From Candidatus Hodarchaeota archaeon (lineage in GTDB: Archaea; Asgardarchaeota; Lokiarchaeia; Sigyniarchaeales; SOKP01), in NCBI GenBank assembly GCA_048886685.1, contig JBHLKM010000010.1:106106-170105 (forward strand): 64,000 nt of DNA, given 5' to 3'. The position numbers and the translations under genes were made by a program. The notes beneath the pieces are model-generated. The model saw only the letters and a list, made by a program, of their open reading frames with translations. It was not told where the DNA came from and made no database searches. How positions within the stretch are numbered: the first letter of the stretch is position 1; every line of letters starts with the position of its first letter. Shown piece by piece: positions 31,548 to 41,024 of this stretch.

Positions 31548-32917
31548 ATTTCTTCGCGAAGTCTCATTATTTTTTTCTTAAGCTTTTTTATTCTGGAATC
31601 TGAGACATTGAAAATTAAGAAACTTTCTAAGATCTTTAGGGCCTTTTGATAAAAATTAATACTATTCAGATAATCTCCATTCTTTTCAGCATTTTCTCCA
31701 GCTTCTAAAGCAAAATCTAATTCTAACTGCTTCTCTTTTTTTTCGAGATCTAATACTGATTGCGAAATTCTATTAATATCTTCTTTAATATTGAATTCTC
31801 TTGCTATATAAAGAGCCTTTTTATATTCTTTTTCTGCGACCTGATATGCTAAAGTTTTTTCAGCATTTTTAGCTTTCTTTACAAATTCTTTTATCATCTT
31901 ACTTGCCGATAAAATATCCATTTCATCTAAGTTGAGTTCGATAGCATCAATTCCAGTATTACTTGAAAGAATGGATGATATTGGTTTAAATTTAGCTACT
32001 TTTTCAGAAATAGTCTCCTCGAGCATTTCAATATTACTAGCAACGGTTTCAAGATTTGTAGAAATAAAAATATTGTTTTTTACTAGCTGATAAATCTCAT
32101 AAAGAATAATATTTGCATCCAAATTTACAATTTTTTTTACTCGATTAAGCAGATTATTTATGAAGAAAAATTGTTTAGAAGCAAGAAGTTCTTTAGCTAA
32201 GGTTAGTATGGCTTTTTGGATTTGATTTTGATTTATTTTCTCTAAATCGTTTGGTGCAATACTATGTGCTAAAGACATAGGAAATACTAATTTAACATTA
32301 AAAGAATCTACCAAATATTCAATCATGTTTTCAACATTAAAAATCCCAGAATCTTTAAAATTACTGATTTCATTTTGAAAAATATCCTCGTATTCTAACA
32401 AAAATTGTCTTACATCAGTCCGCAGGTTATCTGAAGCTGTATGGTCGAGTATTAGGCAAATCCTTATAAATTCTCCATTTTTGAGTAAGATATTAAAATT
32501 CTGATATTGAAATTCATAGAATTGATCATTTCTGAGATAACTTGAACCATTAGATGAAACTGTGTCTGATTCAGAGAAGGTTATATTTGCTTGAATAAAA
32601 CCACTTAATAAATCTGCATCAATTTCCGCACCTGAAACAGAATAGTTTAATAATTTCAAGCCTGATTCTTTATCCATTAATATAATGTGCCGAATATTCA
32701 AAACATCCAAAAATTTCCGCCAAATAATTTCCCGCTCCACTTGAAGATGCCTTTCATATGAATCCAATTCAAAAACTTCCAAGCTTGAATCAACTTCAAA
32801 TCCTAACTCCTTTAGTTTCTTTTTAAGACATGACATACAATATTTAGGATATTTTGCACACTTAGATTTACTAACTCCGCAATTAAATCCTAATTGATTA
32901 ATTTCAAAATAAACCAT
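31544..32917 (-). CDS. Longin-like domain protein with Cys-rich N-terminus and C-terminal TPR-like helices
   Basis: HIILMDKESGLKLL...DADLLSGFIQANITF...EFQYQNFNILLKNGEFIRICLIL...FLLEYEDIF resembles Asgard longin-like domains; C-terminal AGENAEKNGDYLNSINFYQKAL. Confidence 0.65.
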   Translation of the reverse strand: MVYFEINQLGFNCGVSKSKCAKYPKYCMSCLKKKLKELGFEVDSSLEVFELDSYERHLQVEREIIWRKFLDVLNIRHIILMDKESGLKLLNYSVSGAEIDADLLSGFIQANITFSESDTVSSNGSSYLRNDQFYEFQYQNFNILLKNGEFIRICLILDHTASDNLRTDVRQFLLEYEDIFQNEISNFKDSGIFNVENMIEYLVDSFNVKLVFPMSLAHSIAPNDLEKINQNQIQKAILTLAKELLASKQFFFINNLLNRVKKIVNLDANIILYEIYQLVKNNIFISTNLETVASNIEMLEETISEKVAKFKPISSILSSNTGIDAIELNLDEMDILSASKMIKEFVKKAKNAEKTLAYQVAEKEYKKALYIAREFNIKEDINRISQSVLDLEKKEKQLELDFALEAGENAEKNGDYLNSINFYQKALKILESFLIFNVSDSRIKKLKKKIMRLREEI

Positions 32918-33093
32918 AAAAACCCTATAGAACTTAAATAGTATTCAATTTCTACTTATTTCTATTATAATGAAATAAGAATGTTTTATGCATTTAAAAT
33001 TGAGTATTTAAAACTTTAATTTTTTATAATAATGCGAAATATTTATTATTCAAATTCAGAAATTATAAAATGACAATAACTTGTGAGGATTAA

Positions 33094-33372
33094 ATGGAAG
33101 ACCTTAAGGAAAAAGGGCTTAAAATATATAATGCTATTTTTGAAGGAAAAAAAACTGTTGAGATTGAAGAAATCGAATATCCAATAAAGAAATTTTCAAG
33201 CGGTATAAAATATGTTGACCTATTCGGATATCGTTATATAGAGCAAAATCGCAATAAAAAGTCAGAATGGGGCAAAAAAGCAAGAGAAGGACATAAGATC
33301 ATGTGGATTATCAAAGGTAGAAGGTATATTGCCCAAATTATAGATGGAGATTATAACGATCTAAAGAAGTAA
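33094..33372 (+). CDS. Small basic hypothetical protein
   Basis: 92 aa ORF with GTGAGG SD-like site; IEQN..K.S.W...AR.GHKIMW. Confidence 0.7.
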   Translation: MEDLKEKGLKIYNAIFEGKKTVEIEEIEYPIKKFSSGIKYVDLFGYRYIEQNRNKKSEWGKKAREGHKIMWIIKGRRYIAQIIDGDYNDLKK

Positions 33373-33444
33373 ATGTGTTTAGATTTATTAAGAAAATTCT
33401 ATATAATTTTACAGAATAAAAATACATGTTTATTTATTAAACAA

Positions 33445-33549
33445 CATAGCAGCTTCATTGAAAAGTATATGAAGAAAGTGTAAAAGGTTCTTGGAAGGAG
33501 AAACCTTTCTTCTTTTTTGCAACCTTCCTCCCCTTGAAGCAGATCTATG
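33445..33549. ncRNA. Candidate structured RNA / inverted-repeat element of unknown family
   Basis: Nested complementarities CATAG/CTATG, GCTTCA/TGAAGC, GAAGAAAG/CTTTCTTC and GGAAGG/CCTTCC in a convergent intergenic gap. Confidence 0.35.
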
Positions 33550-33650
33550 AGAAAACTAGGTTAAAAGAATAATAACTTTTAGATTTCATTTTAAAAGAAT
33601 TAAAGATTCTCAATTTTTTGAGTAGAGAGAGCAAGTTTAATTATAAATTT

Positions 33651-34250
33651 CTATGACGATTCAAAATGTTCAAGAATTAATTCTAAGTAAGACTTAGTTA
33701 TAAAATTTTCTTTTTGAATTCCAAATGAGCTTAAGAAATTAAATAATAATTCTTTAGATTCACTGATTTTTACTTTAGAATTTGATAGGTATTCTACCTC
33801 AATGAAATATTGCTCTAGAATCGGTATATAATCAATCAGAGCTTCAATATGGTAATTTCCAAAATCGAATTCATACAACTCCCTTTCTTTCTTCACAGTA
33901 AAGACTTCTTGGAATCCAAGTGTTTCAAGTATTTTTTTCATTTTTTTTATATCTTCAATCTTAATATCAATTTCTTTACGAGTTTTAGTTAGATTATCAA
34001 TTTTTTTTCCTTTATAAGTAATATAATATTCCAGATCTTGATTTTTCTCACGATTAGTTTTATCAAATCGACTTGATTTCCTGAGTCTTAAAGCTTCATC
34101 AGTCTGTTTAAAATCTCTTAACCCTTTAGGCATATTATAGTATGTATCTTCGTGGAGCAAGGAAAATTTATAAGAACCTTTATTTTCTTCAAATTTTCTT
34201 CTCATTAATGCTGGATCTGGAATCCGAACTTTGATTTCTACCTCAATCAT
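33651..34250 (-). CDS. cyaB: CYTH-domain protein (class IV adenylate cyclase CyaB-like)
   Basis: IEVEIK, EDTYY, DEALRLR, TYKGKK, R.E, KKERE, FIEVE, SYLEL. Confidence 0.92.
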   Translation of the reverse strand: MIEVEIKVRIPDPALMRRKFEENKGSYKFSLLHEDTYYNMPKGLRDFKQTDEALRLRKSSRFDKTNREKNQDLEYYITYKGKKIDNLTKTRKEIDIKIEDIKKMKKILETLGFQEVFTVKKERELYEFDFGNYHIEALIDYIPILEQYFIEVEYLSNSKVKISESKELLFNFLSSFGIQKENFITKSYLELILEHFESS

Positions 34251-34333
34251 ATAAGGTTTCTACTTTCATCTGATAACAAATATAATTTATTAATTTTTAT
34301 TAAGTATTAAGAGTTGCTTGAAGAGTTGACTTC

Positions 34334-35302
34334 ATGTCACAGAATCAAAAATTAATCCTAAAACTTGCGCAAGAATATGGATATTTTCCGTATATGATTG
34401 AAAGGTATGTTCAATTCTTAGGGATAGATGGGACTATTGAATTATTAAAGGCAAATGAAAAACCGTTAAATCCATCCATTAGGGTTAACTCGCTTAAAAT
34501 TAGTAGCTCTGATCTGAAAAAAAAATTAACTCAGAAAGGATTTGAGCTTGAACAGGTTAAATGGATTCCTTATGCTTTTAAAGTCATTCAAGAATCCCAA
34601 AATTTAGGTTCTACCCATGAATTCCTCCAAGGATATTATTATCTTCAAAATGTTGCCTCAATGCTCCCTGCTGTAATTCTTGACCCAAAACCTAGTGACA
34701 TTGTAATTGATATGTGTGCGGCGCCTGGGAGTAAAGCAACACATATGGCACAGTTAATGGAAAATGAAGGAATGCTCATTTTAATAGATAGAAATAGAAA
34801 AAGAATTCCTGCATTAGAAATGAATCTACGTAGAATGGGAATCATAAATTCTATTGTCATAAATATGGATGCAATTAACTTATCACAGTTAAATATTAAA
34901 GCAACTAAAATACTTCTCGACGCACCATGTACAGGAGAAGGACTAATAAGACAAGAACATGATAGGAAAAAAAGTCGAAAAATGAAGGATATTGAGAAAA
35001 TGGCATCAATTCAGAAAAAATTACTTAAAGCTGGATTGCATGTATTAAAACTTAACGGAGAAATGCTGTATAGCACTTGTTCTATTGCTCCTGAAGAAAA
35101 TGAATTAGTAGTTCATGAAATTCTAGAAGAAAACAATAATTTTGAGATATCTAAAATCTCGAATATTTATGGGGTGAGTGGTTTAACAAAAGTGTATGGA
35201 AAAAATCTTAGAGAAGATTTAAAGTATTGTCAGAGACTATATCCTCATCTCCATGATACAATTGGATTTTTTGTATGTCTAATCAAAAGAAAAAGCCAAT
35301 AA
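34334..35302 (+). CDS. RsmB/NOP2/NSUN family RNA m5C methyltransferase
   Basis: DMCAAPGSK, LLDAPCTGEG, YSTCSIAPEENE, GFF. Confidence 0.95.
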   Translation: MSQNQKLILKLAQEYGYFPYMIERYVQFLGIDGTIELLKANEKPLNPSIRVNSLKISSSDLKKKLTQKGFELEQVKWIPYAFKVIQESQNLGSTHEFLQGYYYLQNVASMLPAVILDPKPSDIVIDMCAAPGSKATHMAQLMENEGMLILIDRNRKRIPALEMNLRRMGIINSIVINMDAINLSQLNIKATKILLDAPCTGEGLIRQEHDRKKSRKMKDIEKMASIQKKLLKAGLHVLKLNGEMLYSTCSIAPEENELVVHEILEENNNFEISKISNIYGVSGLTKVYGKNLREDLKYCQRLYPHLHDTIGFFVCLIKRKSQ

Positions 35303-35384
35303 CAATTTTAGCAATTATTACAATTATGTATATTTAATATAAAAAAGATAAGACTTAAGAAATAATATTTTTAAATTCTTTTTT

Positions 35385-35966
35385 TTATTGTTTTTTTCTG
35401 AGATAATATCCCTTATCACTTAAATTCATAGCGATAATTTCTTTTTGCATGAGTTTCTGTACGTTTTGATTTTTAACTCGTGATTGGGCTATAGCTATAA
35501 TTTCATTAAGTATATTAAAAATCAATAGAAAATCCCTTTCTTTTAAATTGATTGGAATCTCAACGATCATACTTTTTAAAATATTATTACCATAAAGAAT
35601 TGATTTTTCTCCTTTTTCATTGACTCGAATTGTTTGAAATTCAGAAAATAGATTGAGTTTATTTAGAAATTCAGCGCCTTCTAAACTTAAATAGAAAATT
35701 CCTTTTTTAATAAAGCCAAAGTATAGTCCAGCTGAACAGATTCTAGGTTTGTTGTCGAAATCTTTGATTAATTTGTGTTGTTCATTAGAAATTAAATAGA
35801 TTGATGGAAAGTTATCATCAATGGATAATTCATATGTAGAAATAAATAGATCCTTTTCAAGATTGTCAATTAAGGTTAAAATTTTTGGGGAAATATTAGA
35901 AAGTGTAGTAAAAATTATTTTTTTCTCTATTTCATTTATCTCTCTAAAAGTTATTGAATCATTCAT
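35385..35966 (-). CDS. Nip7-like PUA-domain ribosome biogenesis protein
   Basis: SAGLYFG, LSLEGA, GEKSILYGNNI, terminal DKGYYLR; convergent with the Nop2-like gene. Confidence 0.8.
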   Translation of the reverse strand: MNDSITFREINEIEKKIIFTTLSNISPKILTLIDNLEKDLFISTYELSIDDNFPSIYLISNEQHKLIKDFDNKPRICSAGLYFGFIKKGIFYLSLEGAEFLNKLNLFSEFQTIRVNEKGEKSILYGNNILKSMIVEIPINLKERDFLLIFNILNEIIAIAQSRVKNQNVQKLMQKEIIAMNLSDKGYYLRKKQ

Positions 35967-36046
35967 ATTACAATAGAATAAAAAGAATTAAGAAGTTTTA
36001 TTATTATTAATCAATAAAGGTATTAAAAAATAGTGTAAATGAAAAA

Positions 36047-36760
36047 ATGGGTATTCGAAAGATAGAAGATGAGATTGATTTAAAAGAAGCGATGAAGAAA
36101 AAGGCAGCAGAATTAAAGATGAAAGATATGGAAGCAAGAGCATCTGTCGAAAAATTTACTAAAGATCGGTTACGTGAACTTGCTAAAAGACATGGCGTTT
36201 TATTAGCTCTAACTCCTGAATTAAGAAATGAAGTTAAGGAATTACAGAAAAAATACAATATCCCTTCATCTAAAATCATAACTGAACAAATAACAGAACA
36301 TGATGTTTTAAAAAAATTTTCTAAAATAGATCATGAAAAATTAGGAATGCTTGCATACCAACGGGTTTTAATGGCAAAAGAAGAAACAGGGGGGATAATC
36401 CCATTGTCAGAAGTATTCGAATTGATTAATACCGGAATATTAAAAGGTAATGTTGAGGTTAAGGATATTGATAAAGCTTTAAGTCTCCTGAAAAAAAAGA
36501 AGGTAATTGAAGATATTACACAATTAGAATCTGGAGCTATTATAGTAAGATTCTTTCCTATTCAATATACAGGGGATGAGTCTAAGGTTGTTGAATTAGC
36601 AAAAGAAAAAGGTATTCTCACTTTAGAAGATGTGTGTGTTAAACTAGATTGGTCTCAAGATCGTGCTCTTCATGCATTAGAATCACTTGAAAAGAGTGGA
36701 ATCGCAAAGTATAGAGAAAATATTTTAACTGGGAAACAATGGTTTTTCCCATCAATATAA
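36047..36760 (+). CDS. ESCRT-II Vps22/Vps36-like (EAP30 domain) protein
   Basis: ETGGIIPLSEV and tandem winged-helix pattern (WSQDRALHALESLEKSG, WFFPS); located in the ESCRT cluster. Confidence 0.85.
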   Translation: MGIRKIEDEIDLKEAMKKKAAELKMKDMEARASVEKFTKDRLRELAKRHGVLLALTPELRNEVKELQKKYNIPSSKIITEQITEHDVLKKFSKIDHEKLGMLAYQRVLMAKEETGGIIPLSEVFELINTGILKGNVEVKDIDKALSLLKKKKVIEDITQLESGAIIVRFFPIQYTGDESKVVELAKEKGILTLEDVCVKLDWSQDRALHALESLEKSGIAKYRENILTGKQWFFPSI

Positions 36761-36773
36761 AGAGAAAATTTAG

Positions 36774-37676
36774 TTATTCCAATTTTATTTTAAATGCTAA
36801 TTGTCCGTTCTCTAATTTGAGGACTTTAGCTCTACGATTTTTCGCTAAGATTTTAAAAATCTCTTCCAAATCTTCTAAAGGAAGATTACTAAAATCTTCT
36901 TGTTTTGCTTCCCGGAGTTCATATATCATAATAGGTTCAAGCTTTCCATTATCATAAGCCCATTTATATATCTCATCTGACCAGACTTCAAGTGTTTTCC
37001 AATAAATTCTTAGTTTTTCTTTCTTTTTGGATAGCCATACCGCTTGTTTTTGACTAATTAATTGCTCTGCAATTTCTAATATATATTTTTCTCTTTTAGT
37101 AAAATTCGAAAAAGGTTTTTGAGAATTTAATTCTCTTATATAAATTATATGGAGAACAGCAAAACGAGCATAATCAAAAAGAACTTTTGCCCATTCTGTT
37201 TTCCAAGAAATATAATCATTTTTCTGATTATCTTTATTAGGCATAGTATACATGAATTTTTTACGCTCTTCTTCTAACCAAGGATAAGCTTTTAACAATT
37301 TTTCATAAGCAGTTAATTTCTTTTCAATAAGCCCTTTTTCTCCTATGATTTCTTCTTCTAATTCTTGAAGTTCAGCTTCAATTTGGTCAGCATGTCGTTG
37401 GTATACTTTATTATCAATTTCTCCTGCTTTCGAGCTTAAAATATTCTCAAGTTTATCAAATTCCTTTTCGATATAGCTTAAATCTGCAATTTTAAAATCT
37501 GATTCGTTAATTATTTGTCTTTCTAATGCTTCCTTCTCTAGTTCTTCTTTTTCTTTTTTTAATGTCCTTAAACGGGCTAGTTCTTTCCTTAATTCTTCTA
37601 ATTCTTTTTCTGCTTTTTCTTTTTCTTCTTTAGGGACTTCCGCTGTTTTCTCTCGTTGTCTTTCCATGTTATTCAA
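36774..37676 (-). CDS. ESCRT-II Vps25-like protein with long N-terminal coiled coil
   Basis: W..EWAKVLFDY, IYWKTLEVWSDEIYKWA, IYEL, L..LAKNRRA winged-helix pair; next to Vps4. Confidence 0.85.
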   Translation of the reverse strand: MNNMERQREKTAEVPKEEKEKAEKELEELRKELARLRTLKKEKEELEKEALERQIINESDFKIADLSYIEKEFDKLENILSSKAGEIDNKVYQRHADQIEAELQELEEEIIGEKGLIEKKLTAYEKLLKAYPWLEEERKKFMYTMPNKDNQKNDYISWKTEWAKVLFDYARFAVLHIIYIRELNSQKPFSNFTKREKYILEIAEQLISQKQAVWLSKKKEKLRIYWKTLEVWSDEIYKWAYDNGKLEPIMIYELREAKQEDFSNLPLEDLEEIFKILAKNRRAKVLKLENGQLAFKIKLE

Positions 37677-37685
37677 TCTCGTTTC

Positions 37686-38906
37686 TTATACTTCTCCAAA
37701 TTCTTCTGCCCAATCATTATATTGTTTTATAAGAGTTTTATTAGTCATCGGTTTTACTTTTTTTAAAGTCTTCTTAAAATCTTTTAAATTTATATCTCTA
37801 ACTTTTACCTCTTTATCTGAACTTTCCAAAAGGCCACCCATATCCAATTCTCGAATTGGTAACATGATAACCTCACGACAAACATTCGCAATATCTCTAC
37901 CAGAATATCCTTCAGTTCTAACAGCTAATTCAATATAATCTTCATCTGTTAATGCTGAGTTTACACCCTCAGTATGGATTTTAAAGATTCCTGATCTCGC
38001 TTTCATATCTGGAAGAGGAACATGAACTCTTTTCTCAAATCTACTCAGCATTGCATTGTCAATATCCCATGGACGATTTGTCGCTCCCAACACCAACAAA
38101 GGTTTATCATGAGTAGATTTTAATCCTTGTATTTCACTCAATAACTGTGTTTTGACTCTCCTTTCACCACCGCTTTCAGTTCCTTCTCCCCGCTTTGTAG
38201 CTACAGAATCGATTTCATCCATAAATATTAGACTTGGTGCTCTCAATCTCGCAACTTTGAATAGAGAACTAATTAATTTCTCACTTTCACCTAACCATTT
38301 ACTTAATAGATCAGCTGAAGAAGCGCTAAAAAAGGTTGCATTACATTCTGTGGCTGCCGCTTTAGCTAATAAAGTCTTACCACATCCTGGTGGACCAAAA
38401 AGTAAAATTCCTGACCAAGGTCTCCTAGCACCCGTAAATAATTCAGGTTTAGCTATTGGAAGAACTATTGCTTCTCTCAGAGCTTGTTTAACGTTTTGTA
38501 GCCCCGCAATATCCTCCCATTTTACATTAGGTGATTCGGTAACTATTGTACCAGAGATCATATCAATCAATTCTTGCTCTTCCGAAGAAACCGCTCCAGC
38601 TTCGGAATCCGTCAGACTAGAATCTCCAGTAATACTTGGTGCTTCAGAAGGTCTTGTTCTCCTAGGACTCACTCCACTGAGATGAGATTTTAGTATTTTA
38701 GCTCTCTCGACGTATTCTTCAATGTTCTTTTGGCACAACATTCTCATTTGCGGATTCTTATTATATTTCATAAATTGCATTAAGATCTCTGCTGCACGTT
38801 GGTATTTATTTATAGCCTGCCTTTTTTTTCCTTGATTGTCCAATGCTACTGCTTCTTTTGCCGTTTTCACAGCATATTGATAAAGTTTTGAATCTACAGA
38901 TGACAT
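37686..38906 (-). CDS. vps4: Vps4 AAA+ ATPase with N-terminal MIT domain
   Basis: MIT (AVALD...AINKY..A...L...Y.ERA..LK), Walker A GPPGCGKT, SKWLGESEK, DEID, ATNRPW, GYSG.DI, terminal W..EFG. Confidence 0.95.
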   Translation of the reverse strand: MSSVDSKLYQYAVKTAKEAVALDNQGKKRQAINKYQRAAEILMQFMKYNKNPQMRMLCQKNIEEYVERAKILKSHLSGVSPRRTRPSEAPSITGDSSLTDSEAGAVSSEEQELIDMISGTIVTESPNVKWEDIAGLQNVKQALREAIVLPIAKPELFTGARRPWSGILLFGPPGCGKTLLAKAAATECNATFFSASSADLLSKWLGESEKLISSLFKVARLRAPSLIFMDEIDSVATKRGEGTESGGERRVKTQLLSEIQGLKSTHDKPLLVLGATNRPWDIDNAMLSRFEKRVHVPLPDMKARSGIFKIHTEGVNSALTDEDYIELAVRTEGYSGRDIANVCREVIMLPIRELDMGGLLESSDKEVKVRDINLKDFKKTLKKVKPMTNKTLIKQYNDWAEEFGEV

Positions 38907-39094
38907 ATTAAATATATTACAAAATTCTTAGTATTTATAGCTAATGTAATTTAGCAATCTGTATGATTAATAATTGAATCAGAATATATCAAATTTACTC
39001 TTTAAGCAAAAGATAATAAATATTGGTCTACAAATAATTATATAATACCGAATTTTTTTATATCATATATAATATATAAGAAATTTTGATGATT

Positions 39095-39724
39095 ATGGGT
39101 TTTCTAAAAGATATCTCTAAATGGTTAAGCGGTGGTAAGAGGGAAAAAGACACTGTTCGCTCTGCAGCAGTAAAATTGAAAGTATTTAATAAAAGACTGA
39201 TGCGACAAACTAAAAAATTAGAGATGAGCGCAAAATTAGCAAGAGATAAAGCAGTAAATCTACGGAGACAAGGTGATATGGATGGATCTAAATTTCATGC
39301 GCGTAATTATCTTCAGGTTAAGAAGCAATCAAGAGTGGTGGAAATGTTTCGCACCAATCTGGAAGGTTTATTGTTCAAATTGGAGCAAGCAACTGCAGTT
39401 AAAGATGTATCCGAAATTATGACTGGAATTGCTCAATCTCTTGCCACTTTAAAAAGTCAACTTTCCGTTCCTCAGATGACAGAATTAATGAGCCAAATCG
39501 ATATTGATATGGAAGAATTTGCTGTAACTGCTGATATTGCTACAGAAGGTATGGATAATATCTCAATTGATACTGCTGTTACCGATTCAGATGTTAACGA
39601 AGTTTTAGGAGAAATAGATGCAGAGATTCAAGTGGAAATGGGTGCGGCATTACCAAGTGCAGCATCTGACGAAAAGATAGCCGAGTTAGAGAAAGAGTTA
39701 AACCGTTTGAAATCTGATGAATAA
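39095..39724 (+). CDS. ESCRT-III Snf7-family protein, Vps2/24/46 class
   Basis: Amphipathic MGFLKDISKWL, basic N-half and acidic C-half, C-terminal MIM1-like ELEKELNRLK; divergent from vps4. Confidence 0.9.
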   Translation: MGFLKDISKWLSGGKREKDTVRSAAVKLKVFNKRLMRQTKKLEMSAKLARDKAVNLRRQGDMDGSKFHARNYLQVKKQSRVVEMFRTNLEGLLFKLEQATAVKDVSEIMTGIAQSLATLKSQLSVPQMTELMSQIDIDMEEFAVTADIATEGMDNISIDTAVTDSDVNEVLGEIDAEIQVEMGAALPSAASDEKIAELEKELNRLKSDE

Positions 39725-39840
39725 AGTTAGTTTTTTTCTCTAATCTTCTTAATACACCACCTACCAAAATTATTAAAAGATTTCTTTCTATTTTAACAAT
39801 ATTCGATAACTCAAAATTTAATAATATATAAGTGATCTTT

Positions 39841-40854
39841 ATGGATTTTCCAGAATTAATTACGATTGGAAGTAATACTTTAGATATATTAATTCAGATT
39901 GATGACATATTACGATTTGAATTGTTTGATAAAGATATCATAAAAAAATATACTGCGATCGAATATTCTCGTAAATTGAATGTGAAGAATGTAAGATTTG
40001 TACCAGGAGGGTCAGGTGCCAATATCGCAGCAAATTGTTCCATGTTAGGACTAAAATGTGCATTTGTTGGTGTAATGGGTAATGATTTTTCTGCAGAAAT
40101 TTGTTTGACTGATCTAAAGAAACGCGGGGTTGATTTATCTCAAGTTATTCAGACGGATAAGGATTGTACAGCATTATCAATAATATTAAGAACGCAATGG
40201 GGTAAAGATCGTAGCATCTTAGCCTATAAAGGAGCAAATAATTTGCTAAAGCCTTCTGATGTTAAGGAAGAGTTATTTAATAATATCAAAGCATTCGCCT
40301 GGACATCCTTGACCACAGATGAGAGCTGTAAAGCAATAGAAAAAGCAATAACACTGACAAAAAATAAAGGGGGAATGGTTTTCGCTGCTCCCAGTATGTC
40401 AATTATAAAGAACGCACCAGAGTGGGCAAAAATTCTAATTTCTAATTCTGATGTAGTATCTATGAATCTAGAAGAAGCTCAAGAATTTACAGGAGAAGCT
40501 AAAAAGTCATTAATGATAAAGAATTTCTTAGACCTAGGAATAAAACTGATTTCTATAACAGATGGACCTAATGGCTCAATCATATCGGATGGCAAGACTA
40601 TGATAAATAGTGGTGTTTATAGTGTTGGAAAAGTTGAGGATACAACAGGGGCAGGTGATGCATTCTTAGCTGGAATATTAATCTCTCGTTTAAACAATTT
40701 TACCCTTGAAAAAACATCAAAAATGGCAACAGCAATGAGTTTCTTGGAATGTAAAGAAGTAGGAGTTCGCGAGGGATTACCAAATAGTCTACAAGAATTA
40801 GAAGATTTCATAAATAATAATACAATTAAACAGGTTATCTCTGAAATCGTTTGA
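39841..40854 (+). CDS. PfkB family carbohydrate kinase
   Basis: GGSGAN, DTTGAGDAF. Confidence 0.93.
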   Translation: MDFPELITIGSNTLDILIQIDDILRFELFDKDIIKKYTAIEYSRKLNVKNVRFVPGGSGANIAANCSMLGLKCAFVGVMGNDFSAEICLTDLKKRGVDLSQVIQTDKDCTALSIILRTQWGKDRSILAYKGANNLLKPSDVKEELFNNIKAFAWTSLTTDESCKAIEKAITLTKNKGGMVFAAPSMSIIKNAPEWAKILISNSDVVSMNLEEAQEFTGEAKKSLMIKNFLDLGIKLISITDGPNGSIISDGKTMINSGVYSVGKVEDTTGAGDAFLAGILISRLNNFTLEKTSKMATAMSFLECKEVGVREGLPNSLQELEDFINNNTIKQVISEIV

Positions 40855-40921
40855 AGTTTTAATTTCTTATTTAAATCATTAAATTTTAATTTTTTAATAT
40901 ATTCCTAGTATTAACGTTTTT

Positions 40922-41024
40922 GCGCTCTTAGTATAGTGGTAAGTATGCTAGGTTGCCAAATCTCTGTCTGTTTGAAGCCAGAGAGGTGATCCTAGCGACC
41001 CGGGTTCAATTCCCGGAGGGCGCA
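40922..41024 (+). tRNA. tRNA-Gly(GCC) with a 31-nt anticodon-loop intron (about 40959-40989)
   Basis: Acceptor GCGCTCT/AGGGCGC, anticodon stem CTAGG/CCTAG interrupted after TTGCCA by an intron with hairpin TCTCTG/CAGAGA, T arm CCGGG-TTCAATT-CCCGG. Confidence 0.95.

Noticed and set aside
33465-33515. Possible eukaryote-like SECIS (ATGA...AAAA) in the structured gap
   Set aside because: No matching 3' GA for the kink-turn quartet, and the flanking genes end in TAA/TAG with no in-frame TGA
38152-38685. 177-aa antisense ORF in vps4, and the many other short antisense/overlapping ORFs in the track
   Set aside because: Shadow frames of well-supported genes with no recognisable motifs
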